Positions 7,642 through 17,475 of a DNA stretch of 64,000 nucleotides are shown piece after piece (position 1 is the stretch's first letter; each line of letters opens with the position of its first letter). The position numbers and the translations under genes are program-made. Below the pieces are notes generated by a model. It had not been told where the DNA came from and searched no databases. It worked only from the letters and a program-made list of their open reading frames with translations. Location of the stretch: sequence record NC_047754.1. The stretch is one strand, 5' to 3'. This DNA is from Escherichia phage phiAPCEc03.

Positions 7642-8322
7642 ATGAGAATCATTTCTAAATTCGCCGATGTGTATGATTTGCAGAACAGTTTGTTCGACCC
7701 TGATCGTGTTTGGGAGCGTAAAACTGAAGAGCTAACAATAAAGGCTCCAGATGATGGCAACTACATGATTATGCAAGAACGTATAATTGCTCGTGTTGGT
7801 GAAAAGAACGGCTACTTTAAAATTCTACCGTTTTTCCTAGCAGGAGAGATTTACTGGATGTACCATATTGATGTATTGGATACTCAAGTAAAAACTTTCA
7901 ACCTAGACAAAGCATTAGAAGTTCTGAAAGAGAATGGATGGTCAACGGGGTTTTCTCTGCTAGATATAAATAGGGGGAAGCCAAAAGAATCTATCCTATC
8001 CTGGAAAGAGGAAGTTACCTCTAAAGCTGAAGAAGCCTTAGCTGAGTTAAGAGTACCCTTAGCGGTTCTAGACTCAGTAGTTCCAAATGATAAAGATAGT
8101 AATAAGTATTTCAAGGCTATAACTAACCCACGCCTACATCTATCAGGTATTCCGTGGCAGGAAGTTGAAAGCAACTTATACCGATTACACCAGAGGGTTG
8201 AGCAGTATATCTGGGGGGTGCTTGGAACTGGAGAACCAGATATTATTACCACTTCTGATAAAGACCGCCTAGCAGCACATGGATTTGATACGGTTACATC
8301 ATTTAGGAATATGAAAAGATGA
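7642..8322 (+). CDS. hypothetical protein
   Basis: 226-aa ORF downstream of the promoter. Confidence 0.6.
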   Translation: MRIISKFADVYDLQNSLFDPDRVWERKTEELTIKAPDDGNYMIMQERIIARVGEKNGYFKILPFFLAGEIYWMYHIDVLDTQVKTFNLDKALEVLKENGWSTGFSLLDINRGKPKESILSWKEEVTSKAEEALAELRVPLAVLDSVVPNDKDSNKYFKAITNPRLHLSGIPWQEVESNLYRLHQRVEQYIWGVLGTGEPDIITTSDKDRLAAHGFDTVTSFRNMKR

Positions 8323-8762
8323 TAAAAAACTTTATTAGTTCTCTATGGCACGGTAAGTGGTATATCCTGGGAGCAGGTCTAGCGATAGGCATCTGGTTCG
8401 GTGCTTATCACTTAGTAGATAAAGTGGAGACTTTAGCAGGAGATCTTGCGGTAGCTACTAAAAAGATTTCTTCTCTAGAGACTTCCCTTAATAAGGTGAA
8501 AGCTGAAAGTGAACTTCGTGAGACTAGAATGAATCAGTATTTCACAATGAATAATATTTCGCAAGCAGATCTAGACAAAAAGATTAAGCAGTTAGATAAA
8601 GCTCTTAGTCGCCAAGATATTATAGCTGCAAAACCTGGATTGGTAACATTAATTGCTAAAAAGCAGAGTAAAGAGTTCGAGGAAAGATTAGCGTGTTTAA
8701 CTGGAAGCTTGGAATACTGCTCGCAGCCGCAATCACAATCACAGGCTGCGCACAAGAAATAA
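8319..8762 (+). CDS. membrane-anchored coiled-coil protein
   Basis: N-terminal transmembrane segment then heptad-like region. Confidence 0.5.
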   Translation: MIKNFISSLWHGKWYILGAGLAIGIWFGAYHLVDKVETLAGDLAVATKKISSLETSLNKVKAESELRETRMNQYFTMNNISQADLDKKIKQLDKALSRQDIIAAKPGLVTLIAKKQSKEFEERLACLTGSLEYCSQPQSQSQAAHKK

Positions 8763-9046
8763 AGCCAGAACCTACACATGAACTACCAACAGCTCATGTG
8801 GACTGGCCTAAAGGACTTCAACCTTGTAGCTTTGACTTTAAGTTTGAAAAGAAATTAGCTACAAATGGAGAAGATGGCGTAGTAGTTGTTGTACCATATA
8901 AAGATTGGAATGCAAAAGCAAAATGTGAGGAAGCAGTTTACTCTTACATTTCACGACTGACTGGTATGGTTTGCTTCTACCGCCAAGATTTACAAGAAAA
9001 ACGTTGCTTAGTTTACTATCCACCAATTAACAATAGGAAAGATTAA
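8693..9046 (+). CDS. lipoprotein
   Basis: Signal peptide with lipobox ITGC. Confidence 0.5.
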   Translation: MFNWKLGILLAAAITITGCAQEIKPEPTHELPTAHVDWPKGLQPCSFDFKFEKKLATNGEDGVVVVVPYKDWNAKAKCEEAVYSYISRLTGMVCFYRQDLQEKRCLVYYPPINNRKD

Positions 9047-9798
9047 TGTCAGTATTAGTAGGTTTACATGGTGAAGCTGGTTCGGGAAAAGATACCGTTG
9101 CAAAATTAATTATCGATTGGTGTAATGACACGTATCCAACGTGTTTATCACGTCGTTATAGTTTTGCTAAGCCCGTTTATGAACTTGCATCCGTAATCCT
9201 CGGTGTAACTCCAGAGTTTCTAGGAGAGCGCAGAGGAAAAGAGATTGACCAATGGTTTACGGTCACACAATCTCAATTGGAGCGAGCCAGAGATGTGTGG
9301 TTTAAGTACGGTATCGATAAGTTTGAAGACTTCTCGTACGTTTGGCCTATTTTTGAGGAAAAATATCTTAATCCTCAACAACTTATCTCAGAGAATAAAG
9401 AAGACGGACTTTATAGTTTATTTATTTCTCCGAGAAAAATGTTACAGCTCGTAGGGACAGAGCTAGGAAGGCAGCTGGTGCATGAACGCATTTGGCTCAT
9501 AATTCTGGAGCAATCCATCGCTAAAGACGACCCAGATGTCGCCGTAATAACAGATGTTAGATTCCCCAATGAAGGAGAGTTACTCAGAGAAACAAACCAT
9601 TTAGATATGGATTCTTTGATAGTAAATGTAGTACCCGCTGAGCAGAAGTTCACTATTAAATCAGATCATCCATCTGAAAGTGGTATTCCTGCAAAATATA
9701 TTACTCACGAATTAGTTAATAAATTCGATGGTATCAATAACCTTAAACTAGAAGTTTATAACTTCTGTGACTTAGAGCTAGAACCACTAGTTGGATAA
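9046..9798 (+). CDS. dnk: deoxynucleoside monophosphate kinase
   Basis: P-loop GEAGSGKDT as in T4-type dNMP kinases; 250 aa matches the size I recall for T5 dNMP kinase. Confidence 0.65.
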   Translation: MSVLVGLHGEAGSGKDTVAKLIIDWCNDTYPTCLSRRYSFAKPVYELASVILGVTPEFLGERRGKEIDQWFTVTQSQLERARDVWFKYGIDKFEDFSYVWPIFEEKYLNPQQLISENKEDGLYSLFISPRKMLQLVGTELGRQLVHERIWLIILEQSIAKDDPDVAVITDVRFPNEGELLRETNHLDMDSLIVNVVPAEQKFTIKSDHPSESGIPAKYITHELVNKFDGINNLKLEVYNFCDLELEPLVG

Positions 9799-9810
9799 TC
9801 AAGGATCGCT

Positions 9811-10392
9811 ATGACTAATAAAAAAGAAGAAAAGACTAACCTGTTTCACTCCATTCGCCAATCTAACGAGTATACCTTTTTCTTTGATGAAGAACTCGGT
9901 CCGCCGGATGAATACCGTGATTTAGCAATGGTACTTATGCAGGCAAATGAGGACGATGAAATTAATCTGATGATTAATGGTCCGGGTGGTTATGTTGATA
10001 CTGCTGCACAGTTATCTAACTTAATTGCTAATTGCCGTGGAACAGTTATAGGGCATCTGATTGGTCCTAGTGCTTCTGCTTACTGCACAATTTTCCTATC
10101 TTGTCATGGATGGGTAGTACATCCACATGCTACGCTAATGGGACACACGTTCTCTGGCGGGTTCTGTGAGAAGGGTCAAGAAATTAAGAAAGCCTATGAA
10201 TCTTACAACAAGTTCGTAGAAGATATGATGCTAGATGTCTACTATCCATTCTTCTCAATAGATGAAATAGACGAGATGGTAAAAGACAACAAAAATATCT
10301 ATCTAGATAGCAAGGAAATCCATAAGCGTATTGAAATCTTGGCAAAATATCGATCTGAGCAATATAATAAAGCCCAGTTACCTCAATTCTAG
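9811..10392 (+). CDS. ClpP-like serine peptidase
   Basis: INGPGG motif, Ser in GPSASAY and His in GHTFSGG spaced as in ClpP. Confidence 0.5.
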   Translation: MTNKKEEKTNLFHSIRQSNEYTFFFDEELGPPDEYRDLAMVLMQANEDDEINLMINGPGGYVDTAAQLSNLIANCRGTVIGHLIGPSASAYCTIFLSCHGWVVHPHATLMGHTFSGGFCEKGQEIKKAYESYNKFVEDMMLDVYYPFFSIDEIDEMVKDNKNIYLDSKEIHKRIEILAKYRSEQYNKAQLPQF

Positions 10393-10419
10393 GAGCACAA
10401 CGAAGAGTAAGTAGTTTTA

Positions 10420-10452
10420 AGCCAGGGTTTAACGACCCTGGCTTTTCTTTTA
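10420..10452 (+). terminator. rho-independent terminator
   Basis: Hairpin AGCCAGGG...CCCTGGCT plus T-tract. Confidence 0.65.
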
Positions 10453-10513
10453 TCTAAAATTCTTCTTGACAACGACAAAATTTTATGCTCCAGAAGTGAT
10501 CTTTAAAAACACA

Positions 10514-10550
10514 TTGTAATTTTCCTCCAAAATTAGTATAATGGTACTGG
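10514..10550 (+). promoter_or_regulatory. sigma70-type promoter
   Basis: -35 TTGTAA, 17-bp spacer, -10 TATAAT; upstream TTGACA also present. Confidence 0.5.
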
Positions 10551-10566
10551 TTAGAGGAGGTTACAA

Positions 10567-11223
10567 TTGGAAAAGTTCTTACAATTATTAACGGTACTGC
10601 TCCAAGAAGCGAAAGATCCAGCATCGCTTCTTAAACGTCTGCTAACTATCTTAGTTGCTGTCATTATTTTCTTATTTGTTAGTAATACTAGCGAGGTGAT
10701 GTCATTCTTAAAGACTTTCTCCACGTCTGCGGTCCTACAGGATGTTCAAACTCAAAGGATAGATAACTTTCCTAATGTAGCTAGAGAAAAGAGCATGGTG
10801 CTTTTCTCCCAAACGGGTGCGGATGCTGTTTTTGTCGTCAAGTATAAACCCGATGCCGTTAATGATTATTCTAACATTATTGCATGGGAAAGCAATGCGC
10901 AATTAGATAGGGCTGACTTGGCTGATAAAGCGGTAAATAAAACGTCTGAGCTATTTAGACGTCACTTAGACGGCTTCAACTACGCATCGGATTTAAGTGT
11001 AAAAGTAAATAAATACATGGGGTTAAATATACCTGCGTTTAAGAACGTTACTTTTAATTACATATACACTTGTCCGTATTTCAATCTAAACAATATCTAT
11101 GCTGGATATATTGGTATTGCTTGGAAAGATAATCCTGTAGATGCAGCCAATTCTGAGAAATTTAACGAGTATTTAACAAAGCTCTGTTCCCCACAACAGA
11201 GATCTTTAGGTAGATCAATATGA
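10567..11223 (+). CDS. putative holin (TTG start)
   Basis: AGGAGG RBS; one hydrophobic transmembrane segment; immediately upstream of and overlapping the endolysin gene. Confidence 0.4.
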   Translation: MEKFLQLLTVLLQEAKDPASLLKRLLTILVAVIIFLFVSNTSEVMSFLKTFSTSAVLQDVQTQRIDNFPNVAREKSMVLFSQTGADAVFVVKYKPDAVNDYSNIIAWESNAQLDRADLADKAVNKTSELFRRHLDGFNYASDLSVKVNKYMGLNIPAFKNVTFNYIYTCPYFNLNNIYAGYIGIAWKDNPVDAANSEKFNEYLTKLCSPQQRSLGRSI

Positions 11224-11633
11224 GTTTTAAATTTGGTAAAAATAGCGAAAAACAATTAGCTACCGTTAAGCCAGAGCTACAAAAAGTAGCTCGTAGAGCT
11301 TTAGAATTATCTCCATATGATTTCACGATCGTACAGGGTATTCGTACAGTAGCACAAAGTGCCCAGAATATTGCTAATGGTACTTCATTTTTAAAAGATC
11401 CTAGTAAAAGCAAGCATATTACTGGGGATGCCCTTGATTTTGCTCCATACATTAATGGCAAAATTGATTGGAATGATTTAGAAGCATTTTGGGCAGTTAA
11501 AAAGGCTTTTGAACAAGCGGGTAAAGAACTAGGCATTAAACTTCGTTTTGGTGCTGATTGGAATGCTTCGGGAGATTATCACGACGAAATAAAACGTGGT
11601 ACCTATGATGGCGGTCATGTCGAACTAGTTTAA
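11220..11633 (+). CDS. lys: endolysin, L-alanyl-D-glutamate peptidase (M15-like)
   Basis: 137 aa; metal-ligand pattern HITGDALDF and GGHVE; matches size and features I recall for T5 endolysin. Confidence 0.7.
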   Translation: MSFKFGKNSEKQLATVKPELQKVARRALELSPYDFTIVQGIRTVAQSAQNIANGTSFLKDPSKSKHITGDALDFAPYINGKIDWNDLEAFWAVKKAFEQAGKELGIKLRFGADWNASGDYHDEIKRGTYDGGHVELV

Positions 11634-11644
11634 TTAATAACTAA

Positions 11645-11667
11645 GGCGGGAATATTCCCGCCTTTTT
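11645..11667 (+). terminator. rho-independent terminator
   Basis: Hairpin GGCGGGAATATTCCCGCC plus TTTTT. Confidence 0.7.
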
Positions 11668-11710
11668 AGGCAAAGGGGGCTTTAATAATTTTTGAAGATA
11701 GGAGAAAGCC

Positions 11711-12127
11711 ATGTTTGCAGAACTATTCACTATGATGCTGCTAGGTATCTGGAAAATAAATCTAGTAGTATTCGTTTTAATGATAGTCTTTACTATCCTT
11801 GCATTAACTACCCGAAATAGCTTATTAATAAAGGTTATTCACGGACTAGAGTATATAATTATGGGTTCATTCGGCGTTTGTAAATGCAATTGCCATAGAG
11901 ATACGAAATATTGTTGGTTATGGATGGAACTAGAGAATCCTATATCCATAGCTTTGGCTGTTTCATTCGGTATGATTCTTATGGCTCTTACTCTAGCATT
12001 AATACCTTTGATGTTAGCTGGGGGAGTTACAGCGTATTTCACCCTTTTCTCCCCGATACTTATGTACTCAATTTACCCAATAACTATGTATCTAGTTAGG
12101 AAAAGATTTATACATGTAGTAGATTAA
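11711..12127 (+). CDS. polytopic membrane protein
   Basis: 138-aa ORF with several hydrophobic segments, GGAGAAAG RBS. Confidence 0.5.
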   Translation: MFAELFTMMLLGIWKINLVVFVLMIVFTILALTTRNSLLIKVIHGLEYIIMGSFGVCKCNCHRDTKYCWLWMELENPISIALAVSFGMILMALTLALIPLMLAGGVTAYFTLFSPILMYSIYPITMYLVRKRFIHVVD

Positions 12128-12140
12128 GATAAAAAAGTAG

Positions 12141-12195
12141 TTGACTTTTAGCCCTAGTTATTATATAATATATACATAAATTAGTTAAGAGAGGT
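12141..12195 (+). promoter_or_regulatory. T5-type early sigma70 promoter
   Basis: -35 TTGACT, 17-bp spacer, -10 TATAAT, downstream CATAAATTAGTTAAGAGAGG. Confidence 0.6.
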
Positions 12196-12202
12196 ATATA
12201 TT

Positions 12203-12634
12203 ATGTCTGATCGTTTCTATACTCAAATGGCGGAACATTTTCGTATACCACATTACGAGCTAAACATTGCACTCCGTGATCATGACTCTCCTGAGTACAA
12301 AAAGCTCGAAAAGAAAGCGGAAAAATCTATTGATACAAAGGTAGGTGCATCTATGTCTAAGGGCAAAAAGTTAACTCGTCTTGATCTTAATAAAATTTTA
12401 ACTGAACTTTTGGGTACTGATATTGAAGGTGCTAAATTACCGCTTCTTGTACTAGAGACTATGATTAAAAAGGTCAAAAATAAAGAGTATAAAAAGGTAG
12501 AAGTCCCAGAAGGCAGATTAAAAGCTCCTTATCAGGAAGCATTAACCGAGTGTTTGGGTGTAAATCTTGATCTGAGCACCGCAACCGTAAAAACTATGAG
12601 AAACTTCTTAGAGGCCATTAATAACTATGAGTAA
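12203..12634 (+). CDS. hypothetical protein
   Basis: 143-aa ORF downstream of the promoter. Confidence 0.6.
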   Translation: MSDRFYTQMAEHFRIPHYELNIALRDHDSPEYKKLEKKAEKSIDTKVGASMSKGKKLTRLDLNKILTELLGTDIEGAKLPLLVLETMIKKVKNKEYKKVEVPEGRLKAPYQEALTECLGVNLDLSTATVKTMRNFLEAINNYE

Positions 12635-12917
12635 ATTAGTATATCTATTGAAAGGTTCCACTTGCAATCCTTGCAAAATGTTTGAGCCAGTATTTGATAA
12701 AGTAGTCAGTGACTATAATTTGGAAATCCATAAAGAGACTGATAATACAGAATTAATGCAGAAATTTGGTGTGCGCCAAGTTCCTGTAGTAGTTCTGGCG
12801 GATCGCTTACCTAATGGTCGAGTAGAAGCCAATCATATTCTGATTGGACGTCAGCTTCGTAAAGAAACTATGCACGAAGCTATTAAAAATTTCCTGGATG
12901 ATAATCCAGAGGACTAA
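12627..12917 (+). CDS. thioredoxin/glutaredoxin-fold protein
   Basis: CNPC active-site-like motif near the N-terminus, 96 aa. Confidence 0.5.
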   Translation: MSKLVYLLKGSTCNPCKMFEPVFDKVVSDYNLEIHKETDNTELMQKFGVRQVPVVVLADRLPNGRVEANHILIGRQLRKETMHEAIKNFLDDNPED

Positions 12918-12924
12918 TAAACAA

Positions 12925-12956
12925 AGCCTGATCTTAGCTGATCAGGCTTTTATTTT
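12925..12956 (+). terminator. rho-independent terminator
   Basis: Hairpin AGCCTGATC...GATCAGGCT plus T-tract. Confidence 0.7.
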
Positions 12957-12958
12957 AC

Positions 12959-13010
12959 TTGCTTTTTGCTAAAAATTTTGGTATAATACTTATATAAATT
13001 GATGAGAGAG
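12959..13010 (+). promoter_or_regulatory. T5-type early sigma70 promoter
   Basis: -35 TTGCTT, 17-bp spacer, -10 TATAAT, downstream TATAAATTGATGAGAGAG. Confidence 0.55.
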
Positions 13011-13098
13011 ACATTAATATGATTATGTCACATATCTTTGTATGGATTTTAGTCATATTAATGGCTTTCTTTGCCCTTCAAGAAACAGGAATATTACG

Positions 13099-13476
13099 AT
13101 GAACTATGCATATCTAATTATTAATAACAATGTAGTTTGTGGTACTCGCGCCGTTGAGATGGGTATTACAGAAGAAAAGTATAAGTCACTGCCAGAAAAG
13201 GAACAACAATATTATGTTGAAGAAGCTGCTTGGGAATATGCTGATGTTTATCCCGAACAACGTGAAGATCGCGTTACTATTGTTGTTTCTTTGGGGCTGG
13301 TTGGCTGTGATACCGAAGTTGATACAGACCTAGAGACTTTAGAAGAGTGGGGAGAATTGGACATTTCAGTTAAAAACTCTTTAATCCGTGAGGCTTTTTG
13401 GGAAGCAGTTGACTGCCATGTTGTCTTTGAGCCTAACGATGAGGAAGCTGAGAAGCATACTAACCACTGGAGATAA
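13099..13476 (+). CDS. hypothetical acidic protein
   Basis: ORF MNYAYLIINN with AGGAA RBS; a 27-codon hydrophobic mini-ORF lies upstream at 13019-13102. Confidence 0.5.
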   Translation: MNYAYLIINNNVVCGTRAVEMGITEEKYKSLPEKEQQYYVEEAAWEYADVYPEQREDRVTIVVSLGLVGCDTEVDTDLETLEEWGELDISVKNSLIREAFWEAVDCHVVFEPNDEEAEKHTNHWR

Positions 13477-13480
13477 TTAA

Positions 13481-13726
13481 ATGTTAGCGGAACAAGCAAA
13501 ACGTTTAGCCAGGATAAATAGAGCTACACTCCTTAAGAGTAGAAAGAAACCATATAAATACGTTAAAAAGAGAATAGTTTCTTCTGTGGAGATTGGGGGT
13601 TCTTTTGTACAGTTTAATCGTAATGAAATTAGTTATGAAGCTATAAAAGCTCTATATAAAGAAGGTTATACTCTCCAACTATCTAATGATTATGGCACAA
13701 CTATTTTAACTGTTATTTGGGAATAA
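13481..13726 (+). CDS. hypothetical protein
   Basis: 81-aa ORF. Confidence 0.45.
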   Translation: MLAEQAKRLARINRATLLKSRKKPYKYVKKRIVSSVEIGGSFVQFNRNEISYEAIKALYKEGYTLQLSNDYGTTILTVIWE

Positions 13727-13728
13727 TT

Positions 13729-14592
13729 ATGAAAAAAGAATTTAATGTACATAAAACTCTAGTAGTGCCAGATGACGCCAACCTGTTTTTCGTTGGTGAT
13801 ATTCATGGATGCAACGATTTACTAGAAGATGCGTTGAAATTAGCTGGGTATAATAGCAAAAAAGATTGTGTAGTATGTGTTGGTGACTTAATTGACCGAG
13901 GCACACAAAACTTACAAGTTTTAGCCAAATTCCTGTATAATCCACGTTTTATTAGTGTCCGTGGTAATCATGACCAATTTATGATTGCAGGAGATTGGGC
14001 TAATTGGATGTATAATGGTGGTATGTGGGCTATGAATGAACTAGATGCAGACACCATTAAAAATATTGCCGAAGATATGGCTGAAAAAATGCCAGTATTC
14101 CTAACTGTTAGACATCGTGGTAAGAAATTTGGTGTTGTTCACGGTGGTGTACCTTTTACGTACAAAGAATGTGGTAATGAAGTAGAAACCCCAGTATGGG
14201 ATAATCTTATTGCACAAATAGAAGCAGCTAAGGAAGACCCACATGATCATCCTGGATACCATGTTGAGCCATATTTATGGGATCGAGATGTAATCCAAGA
14301 AATAGGCTTCTACTTGTCCAAAAATGGTGAGGAACACCCGTATTTCCAGCGTTATGCAGGATTTAAAGAAAAATACATGGTAGAAGTGCCAGAAGTTAAA
14401 GGTGTAGATTTCGTGTTTCACGGACATACTGGGGTTCCTTACCCACTTCTTTATAAAAACCGTGTTTATCTTGATACTGGCGGTGTTTTCAACGGGCAGT
14501 TGACGGTTGCGCAAGTTAACGATGAAACAGGTAAAATCACCACATTTACTACACTCCGGGAAGATAGTTGTGGTGTACAGAGGGTTCTTTAA
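13729..14592 (+). CDS. Ser/Thr protein phosphatase (calcineurin-like)
   Basis: Motifs GDIHG, GDLIDRG and RGNHD. Confidence 0.65.
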   Translation: MKKEFNVHKTLVVPDDANLFFVGDIHGCNDLLEDALKLAGYNSKKDCVVCVGDLIDRGTQNLQVLAKFLYNPRFISVRGNHDQFMIAGDWANWMYNGGMWAMNELDADTIKNIAEDMAEKMPVFLTVRHRGKKFGVVHGGVPFTYKECGNEVETPVWDNLIAQIEAAKEDPHDHPGYHVEPYLWDRDVIQEIGFYLSKNGEEHPYFQRYAGFKEKYMVEVPEVKGVDFVFHGHTGVPYPLLYKNRVYLDTGGVFNGQLTVAQVNDETGKITTFTTLREDSCGVQRVL

Positions 14593-14879
14593 TGAATGAT
14601 TGCACAAAAGATACACAAGAACAGTTAGAATCAATGCATATTGATACCCTTCGTTGGAAGGCGTTAGTCAATGCTTTCAGTAAAGGGGATACTGGGGTAT
14701 GGTACTCTGGGATAACAGTTAACTTTTGTTTTCATTCTCCTGCTGAGATAGAGATAGAAACAAGGCTTACTACCTACCTTAATGAGGTAGACCTTAAGGA
14801 AGGAGAGACTCCCGAAGAGTTTAAAACTAGAGTATTAACTTCTTGGGTTGATAATTTAATACAAAAAAGGAGTAAGTGA
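14592..14879 (+). CDS. hypothetical protein
   Basis: ORF MNDCTKDTQ; start overlaps the previous stop. Confidence 0.45.
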   Translation: MNDCTKDTQEQLESMHIDTLRWKALVNAFSKGDTGVWYSGITVNFCFHSPAEIEIETRLTTYLNEVDLKEGETPEEFKTRVLTSWVDNLIQKRSK

Positions 14880-15469
14880 TGAAGGTTAAATTCTGGTCAG
14901 ACTTGCACCTAGACCACCCTGGAGCACTACGTTTTCGTCCGTGGTTTAAGAACATGAAAGAGCACGATGAATATATTCTAGATACTCTTTCGAAGCATAT
15001 TGGTAAACGAACAAAACTTATTTTGCTAGGAGATATTGCAGTAGGTCGTGAAGGTCTGGCCAAATTAAAGTCGGTTATCCACAATGTTCCTAATCAACTG
15101 ATTATGGGCAATCACGATGCGGAACGTCAAGGACTGAGCATCAGGGACTTAGCGGAAGTTTATGACGATATTCAGGCTCTAGGTAAACAGACTGGAGGTG
15201 GCAAAAAGTTTTGGTTATCTCACTGCCCTTTGCACCCCAATGAACTTCGTGGTAAACTAAATATTCACGGACATGTACATACTATTTCTTTACGTGACCC
15301 ACGTTATATTAATGTCTCATTTGAAATGAGTAAAACTCCAGTTCCACTAGAGGATATTGTGTCTGGTAAGTTTACTAGCTATGATAGAGTAGTTAATTGT
15401 ACTACCGGCGAAGTATTACAAATATGGGAAGATGTAGCTGCTGTATTACGTGGTGATATAAATGTCTGA
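14876..15469 (+). CDS. metallophosphoesterase
   Basis: Motifs SDLHLD, GDIAVG, GNHD and GHVH. Confidence 0.6.
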   Translation: MMKVKFWSDLHLDHPGALRFRPWFKNMKEHDEYILDTLSKHIGKRTKLILLGDIAVGREGLAKLKSVIHNVPNQLIMGNHDAERQGLSIRDLAEVYDDIQALGKQTGGGKKFWLSHCPLHPNELRGKLNIHGHVHTISLRDPRYINVSFEMSKTPVPLEDIVSGKFTSYDRVVNCTTGEVLQIWEDVAAVLRGDINV

Positions 15470-15577
15470 GTATATAGCTGAGGCTATTATTAAACGAATC
15501 ATACAAACAGTAGCAATACTTATAATCATTTGTATTGCTATTGGTACAGGATTGGGCATTTTAATTAAAAGTTTTAT

Positions 15578-15630
15578 TTGCTAAAATGCTTAAGTTTCTG
15601 TATAATTACTTTATAAATTGATGAGAAGGA
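15578..15630 (+). promoter_or_regulatory. T5-type early sigma70 promoter
   Basis: -35 TTGCTA, 17-bp spacer, -10 TATAAT, downstream TTATAAATTGATGAGAAGG. Confidence 0.6.
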
Positions 15631-15636
15631 ATCAAA

Positions 15637-16068
15637 ATGAACAAAGTTGATAAAGCTCTAGTTTTCGCAGCAGCAGATAAGTTTGAACAAGTTAAGGCAA
15701 CTTTCCGAACCTTGTTCCAGTCTTACGTTCAAGATAAGTCTAATCCTATCTCTGAACGTTTGATGGTCTGGGAATGTCATGCTTGCAATGCCCTATTAAT
15801 TGCAGATTATCGTAGCGATATAGATAAAGATCTGTGTGAAATTCTTATCGCTGAGGAGGCAGAACGTTATCAGTTAATCTCTTTCCAAGATTTGGCGGAG
15901 CATATCATTCCTGATGATCTTTGGGATAAATACTATGGCGATCCTGAAGATGAAGGAATGACTCCAGAAGCCTGTATTGAGCTAATCTGCAAAAATCATC
16001 CTGAAATTGCAGAGAAATTTGAAAAAGTTTTTGCTTCTGAGTTCTCCGGCGTTGTTAACGATTGGTAA
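15637..16068 (+). CDS. hypothetical acidic protein
   Basis: 143-aa ORF downstream of the promoter. Confidence 0.6.
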   Translation: MNKVDKALVFAAADKFEQVKATFRTLFQSYVQDKSNPISERLMVWECHACNALLIADYRSDIDKDLCEILIAEEAERYQLISFQDLAEHIIPDDLWDKYYGDPEDEGMTPEACIELICKNHPEIAEKFEKVFASEFSGVVNDW

Positions 16069-16085
16069 GTAATTAAAAAATTCAG

Positions 16086-16140
16086 TTGCTTTAAGCCTTA
16101 AAATTCTGTATAATAAGTTCATAAATTAATGAGAGAGGAA
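16086..16140 (+). promoter_or_regulatory. T5-type early sigma70 promoter
   Basis: -35 TTGCTT, 17-bp spacer, -10 TATAAT, downstream CATAAATTAATGAGAGAGG. Confidence 0.6.
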
Positions 16141-16146
16141 ATTATA

Positions 16147-16422
16147 ATGGAAAACATGACTAAAGACTTCGACGCCTCTAACCTTACCAAGACTGAAATG
16201 GCCAATGTATTAGCAATTCTCCTCGACATGCAAGGATTTGAGGGGCAACTGATGAAAATGTCCATCCCAGCAATGAAAAAGATGTACGATTCTCTTAACA
16301 AGAACGCTATGGCCTTTAACTTAGCAAAACAAGAGGCACGCTTTGCTAAGGAGCATCAAGCAGTGGCAGAACGCCGGGCAGCTAGCTTTGAGCGTGAAGT
16401 TAAGCAATTAAAGAAAAAATGA
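16147..16422 (+). CDS. hypothetical protein
   Basis: ORF MENMTKDF with GAGAGG RBS. Confidence 0.55.
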   Translation: MENMTKDFDASNLTKTEMANVLAILLDMQGFEGQLMKMSIPAMKKMYDSLNKNAMAFNLAKQEARFAKEHQAVAERRAASFEREVKQLKKK

Positions 16423-16955
16423 TAACACAAGAAAGATTAAAAGAATTATTGGAATACCGCCCGGAAACGGGCGAGTTTATTAGATTAGTAAGTATAGGTA
16501 ATCAAAAAGCTGGTAGTATTGCTGGCTGTCTAAGAAAGACTGGGTATATAGAGATAAGAGTAGATAAAGTAGGTTACAAAGCACATCGACTAGCCTTCCT
16601 CTATATGGAAGGTTATATTCCCGAAATAATAGACCACGTAAATCATATACGGAGTGATAATAGGTGGGCTAACCTTAGAGAATCTAACAACCAAGAAAAT
16701 TCTAGAAATAGAACAGCAAGGAGCAAATCAGGGTATTTGGGAATCTTTTGGCATAAACAAAAGCAAAAATGGGAAGTAAGGGTTGTAGATTCATACAAAA
16801 AGTTAGTACATGGTGGGTATTTTGATTTCTTAGATCTAGAATTAGCGGTTCAAAGAGCTAATAAACTTCGTTTAGAGCTACATGGGTCTAACGCTGTTGT
16901 AGAAACTTTTGATCATACAAAACTCTTTCCTACTTTAGAGGAACTAAATAAATGA
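16419..16955 (+). CDS. HNH homing endonuclease with AP2-like DNA-binding domain
   Basis: HNH core IDHVNH...N-RWAN; C-terminal region GYLGIFWHKQKQKWEVRV resembles an AP2 domain; paralogous to the minus-strand ORF at 31964-32461. Confidence 0.6.
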   Translation: MITQERLKELLEYRPETGEFIRLVSIGNQKAGSIAGCLRKTGYIEIRVDKVGYKAHRLAFLYMEGYIPEIIDHVNHIRSDNRWANLRESNNQENSRNRTARSKSGYLGIFWHKQKQKWEVRVVDSYKKLVHGGYFDFLDLELAVQRANKLRLELHGSNAVVETFDHTKLFPTLEELNK

Positions 16956-17233
16956 TTATAGAAATTCTTATTGGGTTACTAATTCTTACTACGCTAGTAG
17001 CGATTGGTGGAGTTATTGGGATTATAAACGCACGAAAAAACATGGAAAGTATGCTTATTACTAATGATGGACTACACCACCGTTTGCTAGAGCAAGAGCA
17101 AGATATTGAATTAGCACAAAGACGCTCGGATATTCTTAAGGAAAAATTAAATAATATAGAAGCAATAGTTGGGAATAATAAATTACCTGCTAAAGTAATG
17201 TGTACACAGATAATCACGGAGATTAAAAAATGA
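16952..17233 (+). CDS. membrane-anchored coiled-coil protein
   Basis: N-terminal transmembrane helix, 93 aa. Confidence 0.45.
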   Translation: MIIEILIGLLILTTLVAIGGVIGIINARKNMESMLITNDGLHHRLLEQEQDIELAQRRSDILKEKLNNIEAIVGNNKLPAKVMCTQIITEIKK

Positions 17234-17475
17234 TGATGTTTATTCTAGCATTTTATCTAATCGTGGTAGGGGTTCTAGTTACTAAGTACCACACATGGGC
17301 ACCAAAGAATGTAGCTAAGGTAGCATTATTTGTTATTCCAGTTCCACTTATTATCTTTTCTATGTTACTGGTGATGTTAATCGGTAAAGTAACAAAGACC
17401 GATGTTAAGCGCATTGCTGACGAATTGCAACAGTCCTGTGATATGATTGAGGATATTCTTAAAGATGAAACTTAA
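17230..17475 (+). CDS. small membrane protein
   Basis: Two hydrophobic segments, 81 aa. Confidence 0.45.
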   Translation: MMMFILAFYLIVVGVLVTKYHTWAPKNVAKVALFVIPVPLIIFSMLLVMLIGKVTKTDVKRIADELQQSCDMIEDILKDET

